This document shows positions 22,868-35,898 of a stretch of DNA of 52,897 bases, in pieces; position 1 is the first letter of the stretch; each line of letters starts with the position of its first letter. The translations under genes and the position numbers were made by a program. The notes beneath the pieces were generated by a model. That model did not search any database and was not told the origin of the DNA. It saw nothing but the letters and a program-made list of their open reading frames with translations. Source of the DNA: Chiloscyllium plagiosum (Eukaryota); the NCBI RefSeq assembly GCF_004010195.1, contig NC_057718.1:102634315-102687211 (forward strand). The letters run 5' to 3'.

Positions 22868-25800
22868 CTGTACAAACTGTAAAAATGTAGTCAAACATTT
22901 GCTGGATTTTTATTTCTATAGTAACACCTTGTTCTCTATGTGAATTTGTTGGCCAACTGAATTTTTAACATGAATGCAAAACCTATTGCTAAGTTTATCA
23001 AAAATAATTGTATTTATATATCGTATATTCTGCATTTTCAGAATGTCCCAAAGCAATACTAAGCAAGTATGATCAATATATGATCACTATTGGGAAATAA
23101 CTTGTGACCCACAAGCAGCAAATGAGATAAATGACTGATTTAATTGTTTAATGGTGATGTGTTGGCTGTGGATATTGGACAAAATTCCTTGCCATGTTTT
23201 GAATAGGACCAAATTAAGGATGTGTTCTCCCTGTAAGGGGACTGAAGTAGGCACAGATAGGATGGGTTCTAGCTTGGGTACTTCTAGATGTACATAAAAG
23301 CAGCCTTGCTGTTTCAATAAAATCATGTTGCCCACTAGATTGAATACCGTTAAAGCTTACCTCATTTCTGAGCCTAAAACTGTTCTAAACACCAGAGCTG
23401 GAATTGAATAGTAAATGTCCAGCCCATGGTAAACCTTACTAGCCTTTTGGAATTAATTGGAGAGATGGACAGCCTGTTTAATTCTCTATGCTGTTTCGCA
23501 GGACTGAATACTCGGCTGTATTATCAGGTCAACCACCATCTGTTCTCAACTTCTAGTTCTGGGGAATTACATCTTGGGGCCAATAACAACCTCAAAAATC
23601 CACTCATAAGCTTCCTCACAGATTGAAAATTTACAGCATTACTCTTAAACAGAGTAGGTATGTTTCCCTAGTTTGAATGCTGCTGCCTTTGCCCCGGTAT
23701 AGAATTTTTTTTAATCATGTGGTTTTTCTGTGTAATTATACAAGTGCTGAATTGATTTGCTTTTTTCATTTGTTAAAATTGAGATGTGTTGCTTTTAAAA
23801 CTTACACCTGAGAATCCAGGGTTCTTTCGGTAGGCTTGGCATAACTGATAGAAAATCACTGGATCAACCCTAATCTTGATCAGGATCCAGTTACAGCAGA
23901 TGCCAGCCTTCTGACAAATGTTTCTAATCCACAGATACAAACCGAGCTAGCAGCAGAATCTTCCAGTGAAGGTGTACGTCTATACACCTGTCAATGCGCG
24001 TTCCCTGTTGTCTTGTTGACAATTGTCAATGCCGACTTTTCAATTTTAATCTCATCCAACTAACTCAAAAATCCTGGATTTAGAGAGAAATCAGCTAAAA
24101 CTCAATTGGAAGACTTTAAAATAGTCAAAGTCACCTGACCTGAAAGTAACCAAGCTCAACAGGAATTTTCAAAGGAATATCTATCCAAGTGTAATTATAA
24201 GGACATTAAAATTCACCATCTCAAATGCATAGTTCACAATTAGACTACTTGAATGATGTTTTTGCTGGAAAGAACTAGCCTCTGAAACTCATTTTAAAAA
24301 GATTATTGAACAGTGCACTTGTCTGAGGTATATCAAAGGATAACAGGAATTCTGACAATTGACTGTCAAAACCTGGTTAAAAATAGATGATCTCTATTGT
24401 GGACCAATGGCCAGTTTTCACACATCGAAACACATTCAGGGAGATTTTGTCAGACCTCTGGAGCAAGAGGGACATGAGCCCACGCCTCCTGGCTGAGAGG
24501 TAGGGACACCACCAGTGCACCTCAAGGGCCCAAGCCATGGTTATAACTTGCTACAGCAAACAGTAACACAAAGAACTTGTAGAATGTAAGCTGTCATTTG
24601 AAATTGTATGCCCAGTTCTAAAACAAAAGATCAATGTTGGAACATGATTGACTGCACAACAAAATCTCCTAAAATGTGGAAATTTGCTCGTGATTCCACC
24701 TCCCCTCACTTTGTACCTCATATTTGTTCGCATGGTAGCATACACTAGAATTTGAGATTGTACTAAGTTTGGTACCTTTACAGTTGTTAGTAAACATGGG
24801 TCTTGAGTATTGGTGAAAAAAGCCATTTTGCCAAAGCTCTTTGTGATAAACCCATCAGAAAATTGACAAGATACCACTGTAAACATTTTCCACTGATGAG
24901 AAGAGAGTGCTTACTGATTGGCCAATGAACACTGATTGGTATAGTATTTTACAATGGAGAATGCACCAGTTAGTTAATGACTGAGAATTAACTAGAATCG
25001 CAAGTTTACTAGATAGGTACTTTGATCAGTTAAACCAGAGGTCCTCAATTCTTCCTTAAAACCTGTTTCATCAGAATTGGAATATGTTCAGGGCACAAAG
25101 GTCAGTAATCTGAAACATTAACAGTTAAATGCTGTCAGATGTGCTAAGCATTTCCAGTTTTCATACTTGAAAATTAAATACAGAGTGCTGTAGTATTAAT
25201 AGTTAACACAATAGTGTAGGGATGAGGAATTTGATGCATTTTCTTTCTCTTTATGTTGGGTTGTCAACTCTTCAGAATTTGAAGATTAATCACCAGGATA
25301 CTGTCATGAAAATCATGGATTCTGTTAGCTAAATTATCCATTTTTTGTTTAATGCTTTGGTTGTAGAAATGACCTCACAAAGAATGGGGAAAAATCAGAC
25401 TGGGGCATACCACTGGATTGCAATTAAATATCTCTTGCTGACTAACTCAGACTAGGTTATCCAAACCACTAATGATGTAGAGGACTACCTAGATGGGGCA
25501 GGAAGGGGACATATAAAAATTATTTATAGCAATTGATGAATTTGTTTGTGATTGATGATAGAATACATTGAACAGTGTTAATTCAGTCATTTAATTCAAG
25601 TCAGGAGCAGGTTACACAATATTGAATTATCTTATAGTATTAAAGTATAAATTACTCATTCAATATTCATTTTAAAGTGTAAGGTGAAAAAGTATTAGGT
25701 GTTTGGGCACAAATAGCCTGAAAATTCTGCAATGCAGTGTACTGCAAGATTGCCAGCATGTGAAACATATGGTCACCCCAAGTTATTGGGTTGAAGTTGT

Positions 25801-26252
25801 GTGACAGTGCTCTGGTAAAATAGGTTCTTGTGAAGCAGTCATAGTACAAGACATAGGTAGTTATACTCCACTTCTCTTTGTACAAATAGTAGTTTCCTGG
25901 AAATTAATTAAATTATCCAGTTGAGTAAGTAACCAACAAATTCTAATTCTGGAAGTTGTTCTGTAAAACAGTCCCATCATCTTATAATCAGCGTCTGTTA
26001 CTTAAGAAACATTTACCTCAGAAATGCTAACAATGACGCAAACCATAGAACTATTTTAAACCTACAGAATGTTTAGTGAAATGAACGGAAGGAAAACACA
26101 AAATTGCTGCTTGTTTAGGCTGATACAAAATTTAACACAATTGACAAAACCTTTTGACAACATATGATTCCATTCAACAGGTTAACCTTTAACCCTGAAA
26201 TCTTTATGCAGACTATGGATTTGTGACACTTTACTGCTAATAGCAAGGCATC

Positions 26253-26392
26253 CTATATCCAATGTTTGAAAGTGAAGAATGCTTGAAGTTCTGTATCTTC
26301 AATAGATTTATCATGGATTCCTGCGTAGACTTTCATCAAAATCTCGTTCTTCATTTTCCGGTCAAGGGTGTTAATGTAATTATCGATGGAAG
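26253..26392 (-). CDS. Unnamed TPR-like gene terminal coding exon (ASIDNYINTLDRKMKNEILMKVYAGIHDKSIEDTELQAFFTFKHWI*)
   Basis: ttgcAG acceptor, phase fits, TAG at 26253-26255. Confidence 0.88.
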
Positions 26393-26743
26393 CTGCAAAG
26401 CATTGCAAATATTACGTAGAGGACACAGACTTACGGTAACAAGTTACTATTAATACAAACTGAATCCACATAAGTATGTTTTAATTTTTTGGACTTTTCT
26501 CTTAATTGTAATATGGATAAAGGTTAAACTTTAATTATTCCTGCCTGCTGATCAGGTACACAATGTTTTTCACATTTTCATATCTTAGCTTTAGTATCTT
26601 AACATGTGCTCCTCAGAACTTATATTCTGCCAAACTGTCTCAATCTAATCGTGCATGCTTAGTGGCATGAATCCATTTGCTGTGTATCATGCTTTTGATA
26701 TAACTTGGCAATAGCCATTTTATGCAGAACTCTTCCTTTTGAT

Positions 26744-27297
26744 CGGAAAATGTGTTGCTGGAAAAGTGCAGCAGGTCAGGCAGCATCCAAGGAACAGGAG
26801 AATCGACGTTTCGGGCATAAGCCCTTCTTCAGGAATGAGAAAAGTGTGTCCAGCAGGCTAAGATAAAAGGTGGGGAGGAGGGACTTTGGAAATGCGATAG
26901 GTGGAGGGAGGTCAAGGTGAGGGTGATAGGCCGGAGTGGGGTGGGAGCGGAGAGGTCAGGAAGATGATTGCAGGTTAGGAAGGCGGTGCTGAGTTTGAGG
27001 CGGTGCAACACCTTCCTAACCTGCAATCATCTTCCTGACCTCTCCGCCCCCACTCCACTCCGGCCTATCACCCTCACCTTGACCTCCCTCCACCTATCGC
27101 ATTTCCAAAGCCCCTCCCCCAAGTCCCTCCTCCCTACCTGTTATCTTAGCCTGCTGGACATACTTTCCTCATTCCTGAAGAAGGGCTTATGCCCGAAACG
27201 TTGATTCTCCTGTTCCTTGGATGCTGCCTGACCTGCTGCGCTTTTCCAGCAACACATTTTCAGCTCTGATCTCCAGCATCTGCAGCCCTCACTTTCT
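26744..27297. mobile_element. Fold-back PLE pLTR pair with two oppositely oriented hammerhead motifs
   Basis: Arms 26747-26983 and 27011-27260. Perfect 14 bp TSD ctcttccttttgat at 26730-26743 and 27298-27311. Hammerhead motifs at ~26801-26836 (-) and ~27171-27206 (+). Confidence 0.9.
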
Positions 27298-27786
27298 CTC
27301 TTCCTTTTGATGTATTGAATGATAAATGTTACTGTCTAACCCACTATTCCCATTGTGATCTTGTTTCAAGGTCTGCCAGGTGGCCCTCATGGAATGAGTT
27401 CCCTAACTGGGGCTGTTAAATCTGGCTCTAGCTGACAGATATAAACAAGAATGGTAAAGATTTGTACGTATTGTGTCTTTCACTGTGTCTCACACCTGCA
27501 AAAATAAGAAAAAAATGAAAAAGAGAAGGAAAAAAGAAATAAACAAGAACGGTAGAAAAAAAAACAAGAGTGGCAGAGGCTCAGTTCACTCTGAGAGCTG
27601 GCTCTAAGGGAACTGGATGAGTGTCATGGACTGTTCATTTGTAAGTCCAAGGGTAACTTAGTGATGGCATATTGCCCTCTCTGGAGCTATTTCTGATATG
27701 TCACTGGAACAATCTACATAATGTAGCGTTGAAGAGAATTCTGTGTAAAATGTCCCCTAGCTTTCGGAGATGCACAGATTTAATAA

Positions 27787-28011
27787 TGATTTGATGATGC
27801 CAGTGTTGAACTGGGGCGTATAAAGTTAAAAATCAGACAACATCAGGTTATAGTCCAACAGGTTTATTTGGAAGCACTAGCTTTATGTTGCTATAAATTC
27901 TGTGTCTTACAATTTTATACTCCACAACCATCTGATGAAGTAGCAGCGCTCCAAAAGCTAGTGCTTCCAAATAAACCTGTTGGACTACAACCTGGTGTTG
28001 TGTGATTTTTA
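27787..28011. mobile_element. Fold-back remnant of a second PLE family with decayed hammerhead
   Basis: Arms ~27825-27884 and ~27954-28013; ctgatgaagtagcagcgctccaaaagcta. 13 bp TSD acagatttaataa at 27774-27786 and 28012-28024. Confidence 0.8.
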
Positions 28012-28705
28012 ACAGATTTAATAAAACCTGATTGAGACAATAACGATGGCTCCTTTTATAACAGAGGATCAGGTAACAGTATAAGAGAATGCACTGCCTC
28101 TCATTAAACCCATTCTATGTATTTTTTCATAACCAAACTGCTACATTTCTTTTTATTTAATGTCATGTGGGTGTCACTGGCAAGAATCTTTAACTGTCCT
28201 TGAACTGAGTGATTTGCCAGGCCATTTCAGAGGCAACCCCATTGCAGTGGTTCGGGAGTTATATGTAGGCCAGACTGGGTCAGGATTTCCTTCCCTAAAG
28301 GACATTAATGAACTAGATAGGTTTTTACCAAAATCTGTGATGGTTTCATTACTGAGACCAGCTTTTGACTCCAGATTTTATTAAGTGAATTTAAATTTTA
28401 CCAGCCATTATCATCTCCTCCTCTACCCGACCCCCAACCCTAACAAAAAAAAACAGGATGGGTTGTCTTATCTCTGCATATCGTGCTGAAACTGCATTTT
28501 GTCAAGTATATGAGCAATGTTGAAGTAACTAGTAAATATGATACAAGTTTTTCATTTAGCAGCATCCACTGTACGTGGGCCATTATGCTACTGGGTGCTC
28601 TAGCAGAAAGGACATTCTAATGTAAAGTGACATGTCACAGTGTCCATGCTGCCAAGATGTCAATCTGTTACTAATTTCTGCTGACGCAGTAGTTCCTATA
28701 CGCAC

Positions 28706-28928
28706 CTAGTCCCATTACTCTCCCATACGCAATCAGGTTTGGCACCAGGCGCTTGTCATCGTACTTTTCATACTTCATTAACAGGCGAGCAATCTCTCCA
28801 GTAATGAAGGCATCGTCATATGTTTGTGAATTAAGGGGTTTTAAAGGAAATTTGCTGTAAACGTCCACTGCTTGCAGGGGATTGGTCTTGAGGAGAAGAT
28901 CTGCTAATTCCATGTAAGCATCATGGAC
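28706..28928 (-). CDS. Unnamed TPR-like gene exon (VHDAYMELADLLLKTNPLQAVDVYSKFP...YGRVMGL)
   Basis: ttttcAG acceptor, GTGCGT donor, 223 nt; TPR-like DAY.ELA.LL. Confidence 0.9.
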
Positions 28929-30089
28929 CTGAAAACCAGAAGGTCATTTCACTTTATTCAGTTAGATGTTTAAATCTGCATTGTATACAGACATGTCCAA
29001 TCTTTGTACTGCTTAATCTCACATTCAAATATTTTGCTGTATTGCATAAAGTTTGTGAAGTTTCAGACTAGTTGCTCCCTAATCTCACTCTACCTTAATT
29101 CAATTCCCAGGGGTTCAGGCCTGCAGTCAGAGAATATAGACTTGATTTCCACCATGGAACCATGAATTGATTTGATTTATTGTGGTCATGTGTACCTAAG
29201 TACAGTGAAAAGCTTTGTTTTGTGAGCAGTACAGGCAGATCATAACAAACAAGGACAAACAGATTATAGGATGCAGAGGTAATCATGCTCCCAGTACACT
29301 ACTTGAAATGCCAACATATCTTTGCCCTCAGCTCTATGACTTAGCTTTCAGCACTCGGTCCTTTTAAAGTGAGTGTGACTCTGTAGGAATCTCATGGCAG
29401 ATATCTCATCTCCCATTTTCAAAAAAGTGAGGATAGGAGTCAAATGAAGGCACAAAAAACAGTCAGCCTGTAAGATCCAGGGTAGTTGACTGCTTTCATG
29501 TTGGCATGAATCCAATGCATTGCAATCTCATTTAAATATTGTGGGAATTAGAAACAATAGCATCAAAAATAAAAAAAAACTTGAGCCTTGACATCCATGG
29601 TTACAGCACATATTCCAATTATCCCAAATCTCAACCCAATTAATGACCCATCACTACTACAACATTGCCTGCAATTTCATTTCAGCAAACACTTTCTAAC
29701 ACAGGGGCTTACCAAATCCATGCATATGACATGCATTCTCTCTTTACGAACTTTATCAAATAATTCCATTAGGCTATTTAGATTTAACTGCACTACACTA
29801 CAGGGTGGAATCTGAGCTAGCTGAAGCCAACAACCGTAGTCGCACACTGATTCCAGGCAGAGCAGTAAAGACATCGTATGGACACTCACAGCAAAGCAAA
29901 CTCAAAAGAGAATGAGGATCAGTGATAGACCCTACCTCTGCCCACTTAAACAAAGGTATCTCACAAGGGACTGTAGGATCAGCAGAAATAAGTGCTGGTA
30001 GGTAATGACAAACCAATATCCTGCACTGGTTGCCTATTAAACCTCCGAAAATTACATGATTGAAAATACAAAGGATTAATTTGCAGTAC

Positions 30090-30253
30090 CCCTGGTGCCA
30101 TTTTGATCACTTCATTGTAGTAATTCTGGGCCTCAGCGGATAATTCATCCAAGCGTGACAAAGCACGAGCCAGTGCTAAGCGATAGGCAAAAGAAACTGG
30201 GTTTATGGCAGGGGGCATTGGTGATGATTTACCACCCTGACCAGTACCAGTGG
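30090..30253 (-). CDS. Unnamed TPR-like gene exon (STGTGQGGKSSPMPPAINPVSFAYRLALARALSR...YYNEVIKMAPG)
   Basis: Long polypyrimidine tract plus gtAG, GTACTG donor, 164 nt; TPR-like (LALARAL...A..YY..VI.MAP). Confidence 0.88.
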
Positions 30254-30920
30254 CTACAAAAAGAAAACGAGAAAAAAGAAGTTATTTATCAGCTTGAACT
30301 TAATGCAACCTAAAGAAAAATTATTCTAAAAATATCTAATACCTTTATGGTGTCTGATTTCAATAAAAAAACTGCCAATGAAGCAATTCAAGCTTTCATT
30401 TTGAAAGAATTAAAGTCCACTCTTTTAATGAGTCAGATATAATTTATGTAACAACATTGAAAAAGAAGATTAGGTTTTTAAAAAGGAGACCGTATGATTC
30501 TCTTACTGTCACGGTGGGACTGTATAAAGGAGATCTTAACAGCGATTGACAATGGTCAGAAAGCTGTGGAAGCCAGAACAAGGCTGGTGCAGTTGTAATA
30601 TTAATAGAACCTTTGGCCTTTTTGAACAGAAACCTGTGGAATTAGCACTCTTATTTATTTTGAAATTTTAGAAATGAGAAAGTGATTTGCAATGACAGAG
30701 TAGCCATTGCAGTAAAATGGTAATGTGCAGATGTACCAGGCAACAATAGGTCACAGTACTGATATACAGGTTACACTTCATAGTGAGAGCTGTAGAACTC
30801 AAGTGACAGTACAATACAGGATTAAACAGGTGTGATTTATTATTTAACCAATTAACAATGCTCTCGGAGTGATTTGTCATTATTGTGAAACTACATATGT
30901 GCATGGAACATACTGCACAA

Positions 30921-31210
30921 CGGAACGGTGGCTCAGTGGTTAGCACTGCTGTCTCACAAGGACTCGGGTTCAATTCCATCCTTGGGTCACTGACTGTGTG
31001 GAGTTTGCACGTTCTGTCTGTGTCTGTGGGGGTTTCCTCTGGGTGCTCCAGTTTCCTCCCACAATCCAAAGATGTGCAAATTAGGTGGATTGGCCATGGG
31101 AAATGTAGGGATACAGGGATAAGGTGGGTTCAGGTGGGATGCTCGTCAGGGGGCCGGTGTGGACCCAATGGGTCAAATGACCTACTTTCACATTGTTGGG
31201 GTTCTATGAT
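30921..31210 (+). mobile_element. HE1-type SINE
   Basis: Same consensus. Confidence 0.85.
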
Positions 31211-32242
31211 CTATCAGGTTGTGTCTGATGCCTACAATCCCCACCCTTCTTTATCTAATGATGATTGTCCTGCTGTAGTTTGCAAACTTTTCTTGTTTAT
31301 TTCCTCTCATATTTATAGCATTTGCCTTGGAAACACTGTCATTCTGATCATACAAGCTGTTTTTGTGATCTGCTTTTTAAAGCAATGCATCTACTTCAAA
31401 CAAAGACTTGTCAATATTAGGATGACCAATGGAGAAACATGAGATGCCCAAAATGTCATAATTAGGATTTTAAATGTTTGGACATTTGTAGAGTTTGATA
31501 CATACCACTGTTTTAGAATATTCCTGAATCTTTCCCTAAGCAATTGCCAGAAATAGTCATTCTTACAGAAACATATCTTACGGACAATGTTTTAGACACT
31601 ACCATCACAGCTCTGGATATGTTCCACTGACAGGACAGACCAACAGCACAATGATATACAGTTGAAATGAAGTTGTCCTGGAAGCCTTTCAAATTGGCTC
31701 CAGAACCCGTGTCAAACATAGGCACAGAAGAATCCTGCTGATTACCACCTACTGCCGCTCTTCCCTCGGCTGGTGGACCAGTACCACTCCATATTGACCA
31801 CCACTTGGAGGATCGATCTGAGGGTGGCAAGGCTCCAGACTCTGGTGGGGAGACTTCAATAACCATCACCAAGAGTGGCTCGGCAGCACTACCACTTACA
31901 GCTTGTTGTATCCTAAAGAACACAGCTGCTGGACTGGCTCCGTGGCAGATTGCTGAGTGAACCAATAAGAGGACAAATGTAGTTCACCCTATCATTACCA
32001 ATCTAACTGCTGCAGGTGCACCCTGGTCGTATCAGCATTGGTAGAAGTGACCACTTCAGTCCTTCTACAGTTGGCGTCCTATCTTCATATTGATGGTGAT
32101 GTAATGTTGTGGCTGTACCGGACATTGGTAAGGCCACTTTTAGAATACCACCTTCAACTCTGGTTGCCCTTCAATAGGAAGGATGTTGTGAAACTTGAAA
32201 GAGTACAGAAAAAATTGACAAGGGTGTTACTGGGATTAGAGA

Positions 32243-32378
32243 CTGGGATTTCTGATGAAGGGCTTTTGCCCGAAACGTCGATTTTGCTGCTCGTCGGATG
32301 CTGCCTGAATTGCTGTGCTCTTCTAGCACCACTGATCCAGAATCTGGTTTCCAGCATCTGCAGTCATTGTTTTTACCC
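32243..32378 (+). mobile_element. 136 bp solo PLE pLTR end with hammerhead core, inserted in a CR1
   Basis: CTGATGA-A-GGGC-TTTT-GCCC-GAAA-CGTC at 32252-32279. 13 bp TSD ctgggattagaga at 32230-32242 and 32379-32391. Confidence 0.85.
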
Positions 32379-33659
32379 CTGGGATTAGAGAGTCTGAGCT
32401 ATAGAGAGAGGCTGAAAAGGCTAGGGCTTTTTTGGAGGCTAAGAGGTGGCCTTATAGGGGTTTATAAAATCATGAGGGGCGTGGATACGGTGAATAGTCA
32501 AGGTCTTTTTCCTAGGACAGTGGAGTCCAAAACTAGATTGCATAGGTTTAAGGTGAGAGGGGAAAGATTTTAAGGGACCTTGAGAGCAACTTTTTCATGC
32601 AGAGGATGGTGCACATATGGATTGAGCTGCTAGAGGATGTGGTGGAGGCTGGTACAATTACAAACATTTAAAAGGCATCTTATGGGTACATGAATAGGAA
32701 GGATTTAGAGGGATATGGACCAAACACAGGCAAATGTGCCTAGATCTTTTTAGATTATCTGGTGGGCATGTACAATTAGACCATGCTGTATAACTCTATG
32801 ATTGTCCACTCAATTTATGGGATAGATTTCAAACAGATCAAGCAACTCAAGACTGCATATTCATTTGGTGTCTTGGATATCAGTAACAGAGGAACAGTAT
32901 CCAACCACAATCTCAAACCAATTGGCGTAGCACAATCCCCACTCGGTCATTACCATCAAGCCAGGGTCAACTCGATTCAACAAATAGTGCAGGAGGACGT
33001 GTAAGGAGCATCACTGGCCACACTAAAGAATGACATATCAATCTGGTGAAGCTACAAAACAGGACTACCTGCATGTCAAGCAGTGCACACAACATGGGAT
33101 CGACAGAGCTAAGTGATCCCACAATCAATGAATTAGATCGAAGCTCGGCAGTCTTGTGACATCGAGTCAAGAATGATGGTGGACAATTAAGCCACTCACT
33201 GGAGAAGGAAGCTCCACAAATATCCTCTATGATGGAAGTGCCCAGCATAACAGTACAAATAATAAGGCTGAAGCATCTGCAGCAATTTTCAACCAGAAGT
33301 GCCAAGAGGATGATCCATTTCCTGTGGGCCCTAGCATTACAAATACAAGGCTTCAGACAATTCAATTTACTCCACGTGATATCAAATAATGATTGAAGGC
33401 ACTGAATACTTCAATGGTTGTGGGTCTGACAACATTCCAGCAAGGGTACTGAAGACTGGTGCTCCAGAACTAATCAGTTATAGCCAAGCTGTTCCAGTAC
33501 AGCTATAACACTGGCATATACCTAACAAAGTGGAAAATTGCCCAGATAATATCCTATACATAAAAAGCAGGTCAAATCCTAGCCTAATGCAGTTTCATCC
33601 ATCTCCATCGTCAGCAAAGTTATGAAAGATGTGGTCTTCAGTGCTAATAATTTCTGGCA

Positions 33660-33958
33660 GAGCGGCACGGTGGCTCAGTGGTTAGCACTGCTGCCTCTCA
33701 GCACCAGGGTCCCAGGTTCGATTCCAGCCTCGGGCGACTGTGTGTGTGGAGTTTGCACATTATCCCAGTGTCTGCGTGGGTTTTCTCTCTGGGTTCTCTG
33801 GTTTCCCCCCACAGTCCAAAGATGTGCAGCTCAGGTGAATGAGCTGTGCTAAATTGTCCATAATGTTAGGTGCATTAGTCAGAGGGGGGTGTGCGTCTGG
33901 GCGGGTCAGTGTGGACTTGTTGGGCCGAAGGACCTGTTTCCACATCGTAGAGAATCTA
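33660..33958 (+). mobile_element. HE1-type SINE
   Basis: Same consensus; possible TSD ctaataatt. Confidence 0.85.
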
Positions 33959-35818
33959 ATAATTGGCACTTACTCGCAATGACCTGCTCACTGACACTCA
34001 GTTTGGGTTCTGCTAGACCCACTCAGTTCCTCACCTCATTATAGCCTTAGTTCAAACACATTCAAAAGAGCTGTAGTCAAGGGGGAGAAGAGAGTTCCCT
34101 TGACATCAAGGCAGCAGCATTTGACTCATCGTGGCATCAAGGAGTCTTAGCAAAACTGGAGTCAAAGGGAAAACTATCTGCTGGTTGGATTCATACTTGG
34201 CTCAAAGGAAGACAGCTATGGTTGTTGGAGGTCAATCATCTCAGCACAGGGCAACTCTGCAGCAGTTGCTCGGGGTAGTGTCCTGTACCCATCCTTCTTC
34301 AGCTGTTTCATCAAGAATTTCTCTGCATCATAAGCTTTAGAAGTAGAAATGTTTACTAGTGTTCGCACAGTGTTCAGCACCATTTGTAACACATCAGATA
34401 CTGAAGTATGCTGTGTTGAAATGCAATAAGACCTGGAAACATCCAGGGTTGTACTGATAAATGGCAAGAAATATTCATGCCATACAAAGCAATAGAGAGT
34501 CCAACCTCTCCACATGGCATTCAGTACCATTACAGCTGCTGAATCCCCCATTCTTAATATCCTGGGGAGAGCTGACCACTGGCTAGAAACTGAACTAGAT
34601 TAGCCTTATAAAGTACTTAGGCCTCAGGAGCAGGTCAAAGGCTGGAGATTCTGCAGTGAGTAACTCACCTCTTGATTCCCCAGTATCTGTTCATCATCTA
34701 CAAGGCACAAATCAGGAGTGTAGTGGAATTCTCTCCAATTTTCTGATGAATGCATCTCCAATAGCACTTAAGAAGCCAACATTATCCAGGACAAAGCAGA
34801 CGACTTGATCAGTACTCCATCCATAATCTTCAACATTCACTTCCTTCACAGTAGTAACAAAAATCTCACAGCTCCTTAGACAGCACCATGACCTCCATCA
34901 CTGTGTAGGGCAGCAGATTCATGGAAATAACGCCAGCAGGAAATTCCCCTCTTAACCACATTCCATCCAGGCTTTGGACTGTATCACTGTTCTTTAACAA
35001 ATGCTGGGTCAAAATCCTGGAACTCTCACCCAACAGCACTGTGGCTGTTCCTACACCATGTAGCCTGCACAAGTCAAGAAAGCAGCTCACCACCACTTTC
35101 TCGAGGATAATAAATGCTGATCTAATGAGTGCCACCCACATCCTGGGATGAATAACAAATAGATGTGCTCTTGGATTGGCAAAGTGGTGATGACAGCCTT
35201 CATTGGACTGGTTTAGGTAAGACAGTGGAAGCCAAGAGGAAATTTGATAGAGCTGTACAAAATCATGAAGTATTTTGGTAAAGTGTGGAAGGAGGAATTG
35301 TCACCAGAAGGGTAATCAATCCGATGGCAAGATTTAAAATGAACAGAAAAAAATCCAGAGGTTACATGAGGGCAAAGAATTTTTTTCAGCTACTTATTCT
35401 GATCTGGGATTCACTGACTGAAAGGGTGGTGAAATAATTCAACATATATTTGAAGGGGAAAAAATGCCAGTGATGCAAGGAAGGAGCTGGGGAGTGGACT
35501 ACTGGATGTTTGGCAGAGTCCCTTTTTTTCTGCTGAATCATTTTTAGCTTGGATTTTGATATCCATGACTTTAGAATCTCCAAAACCAATCCATATTTAA
35601 CCAAAGATTCAAACTTTTCCCATTGCCTGAGATCTGAAAATTAAAAGCACTACATGATAAGAAGTGCACACATCAAATATGCCTGTCTGGTCAGAGCAGG
35701 AAATATATTTTCTTTTCAACATGAGCTCTGCCAGGCAATACAAGAGAACATATCTGGTTTGTAATTGAGATGACAGAGATAGCTACGGGTATGAGACTTT
35801 TAGAGCTCTGCTTCTTAC

Positions 35819-35898
35819 AGGTGCCGGGGACTGCATCTTTTCCAGCTGGTTTTTCAGGTTGTCTTGTAGGAGTCATAGGCTTGGCAGCAGCACGTCCC
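35819..35898 (-). CDS. Unnamed TPR-like gene exon (GRAAAKPMTPTRQPEKPAGKDAVPGT)
   Basis: ttttccaccAG acceptor, GTAAGA donor, 80 nt. It is needed to reconcile phase 2 to phase 1. Confidence 0.8.

Larger units (their letters stand above)
31520..35155 (+). mobile_element. Long decayed L2/CR1-group LINE interrupted by CR1 (~32095-32800), PLE and HE1 SINE
   Basis: Degenerate APE (ggggagacttcaat) and RT (gacaacattccagca..tggaaaattgcccag, atttgactcatcgtggcat) remnants. Same tail as 6290-6590, 10300-10600 (-), 18740-19010 (-) and 28145-28410 (-). Confidence 0.7.

Noticed and set aside
30885..31442. 185 aa ORF
   Set aside because: Runs through an HE1 SINE and low-information intron sequence, with no protein-like features
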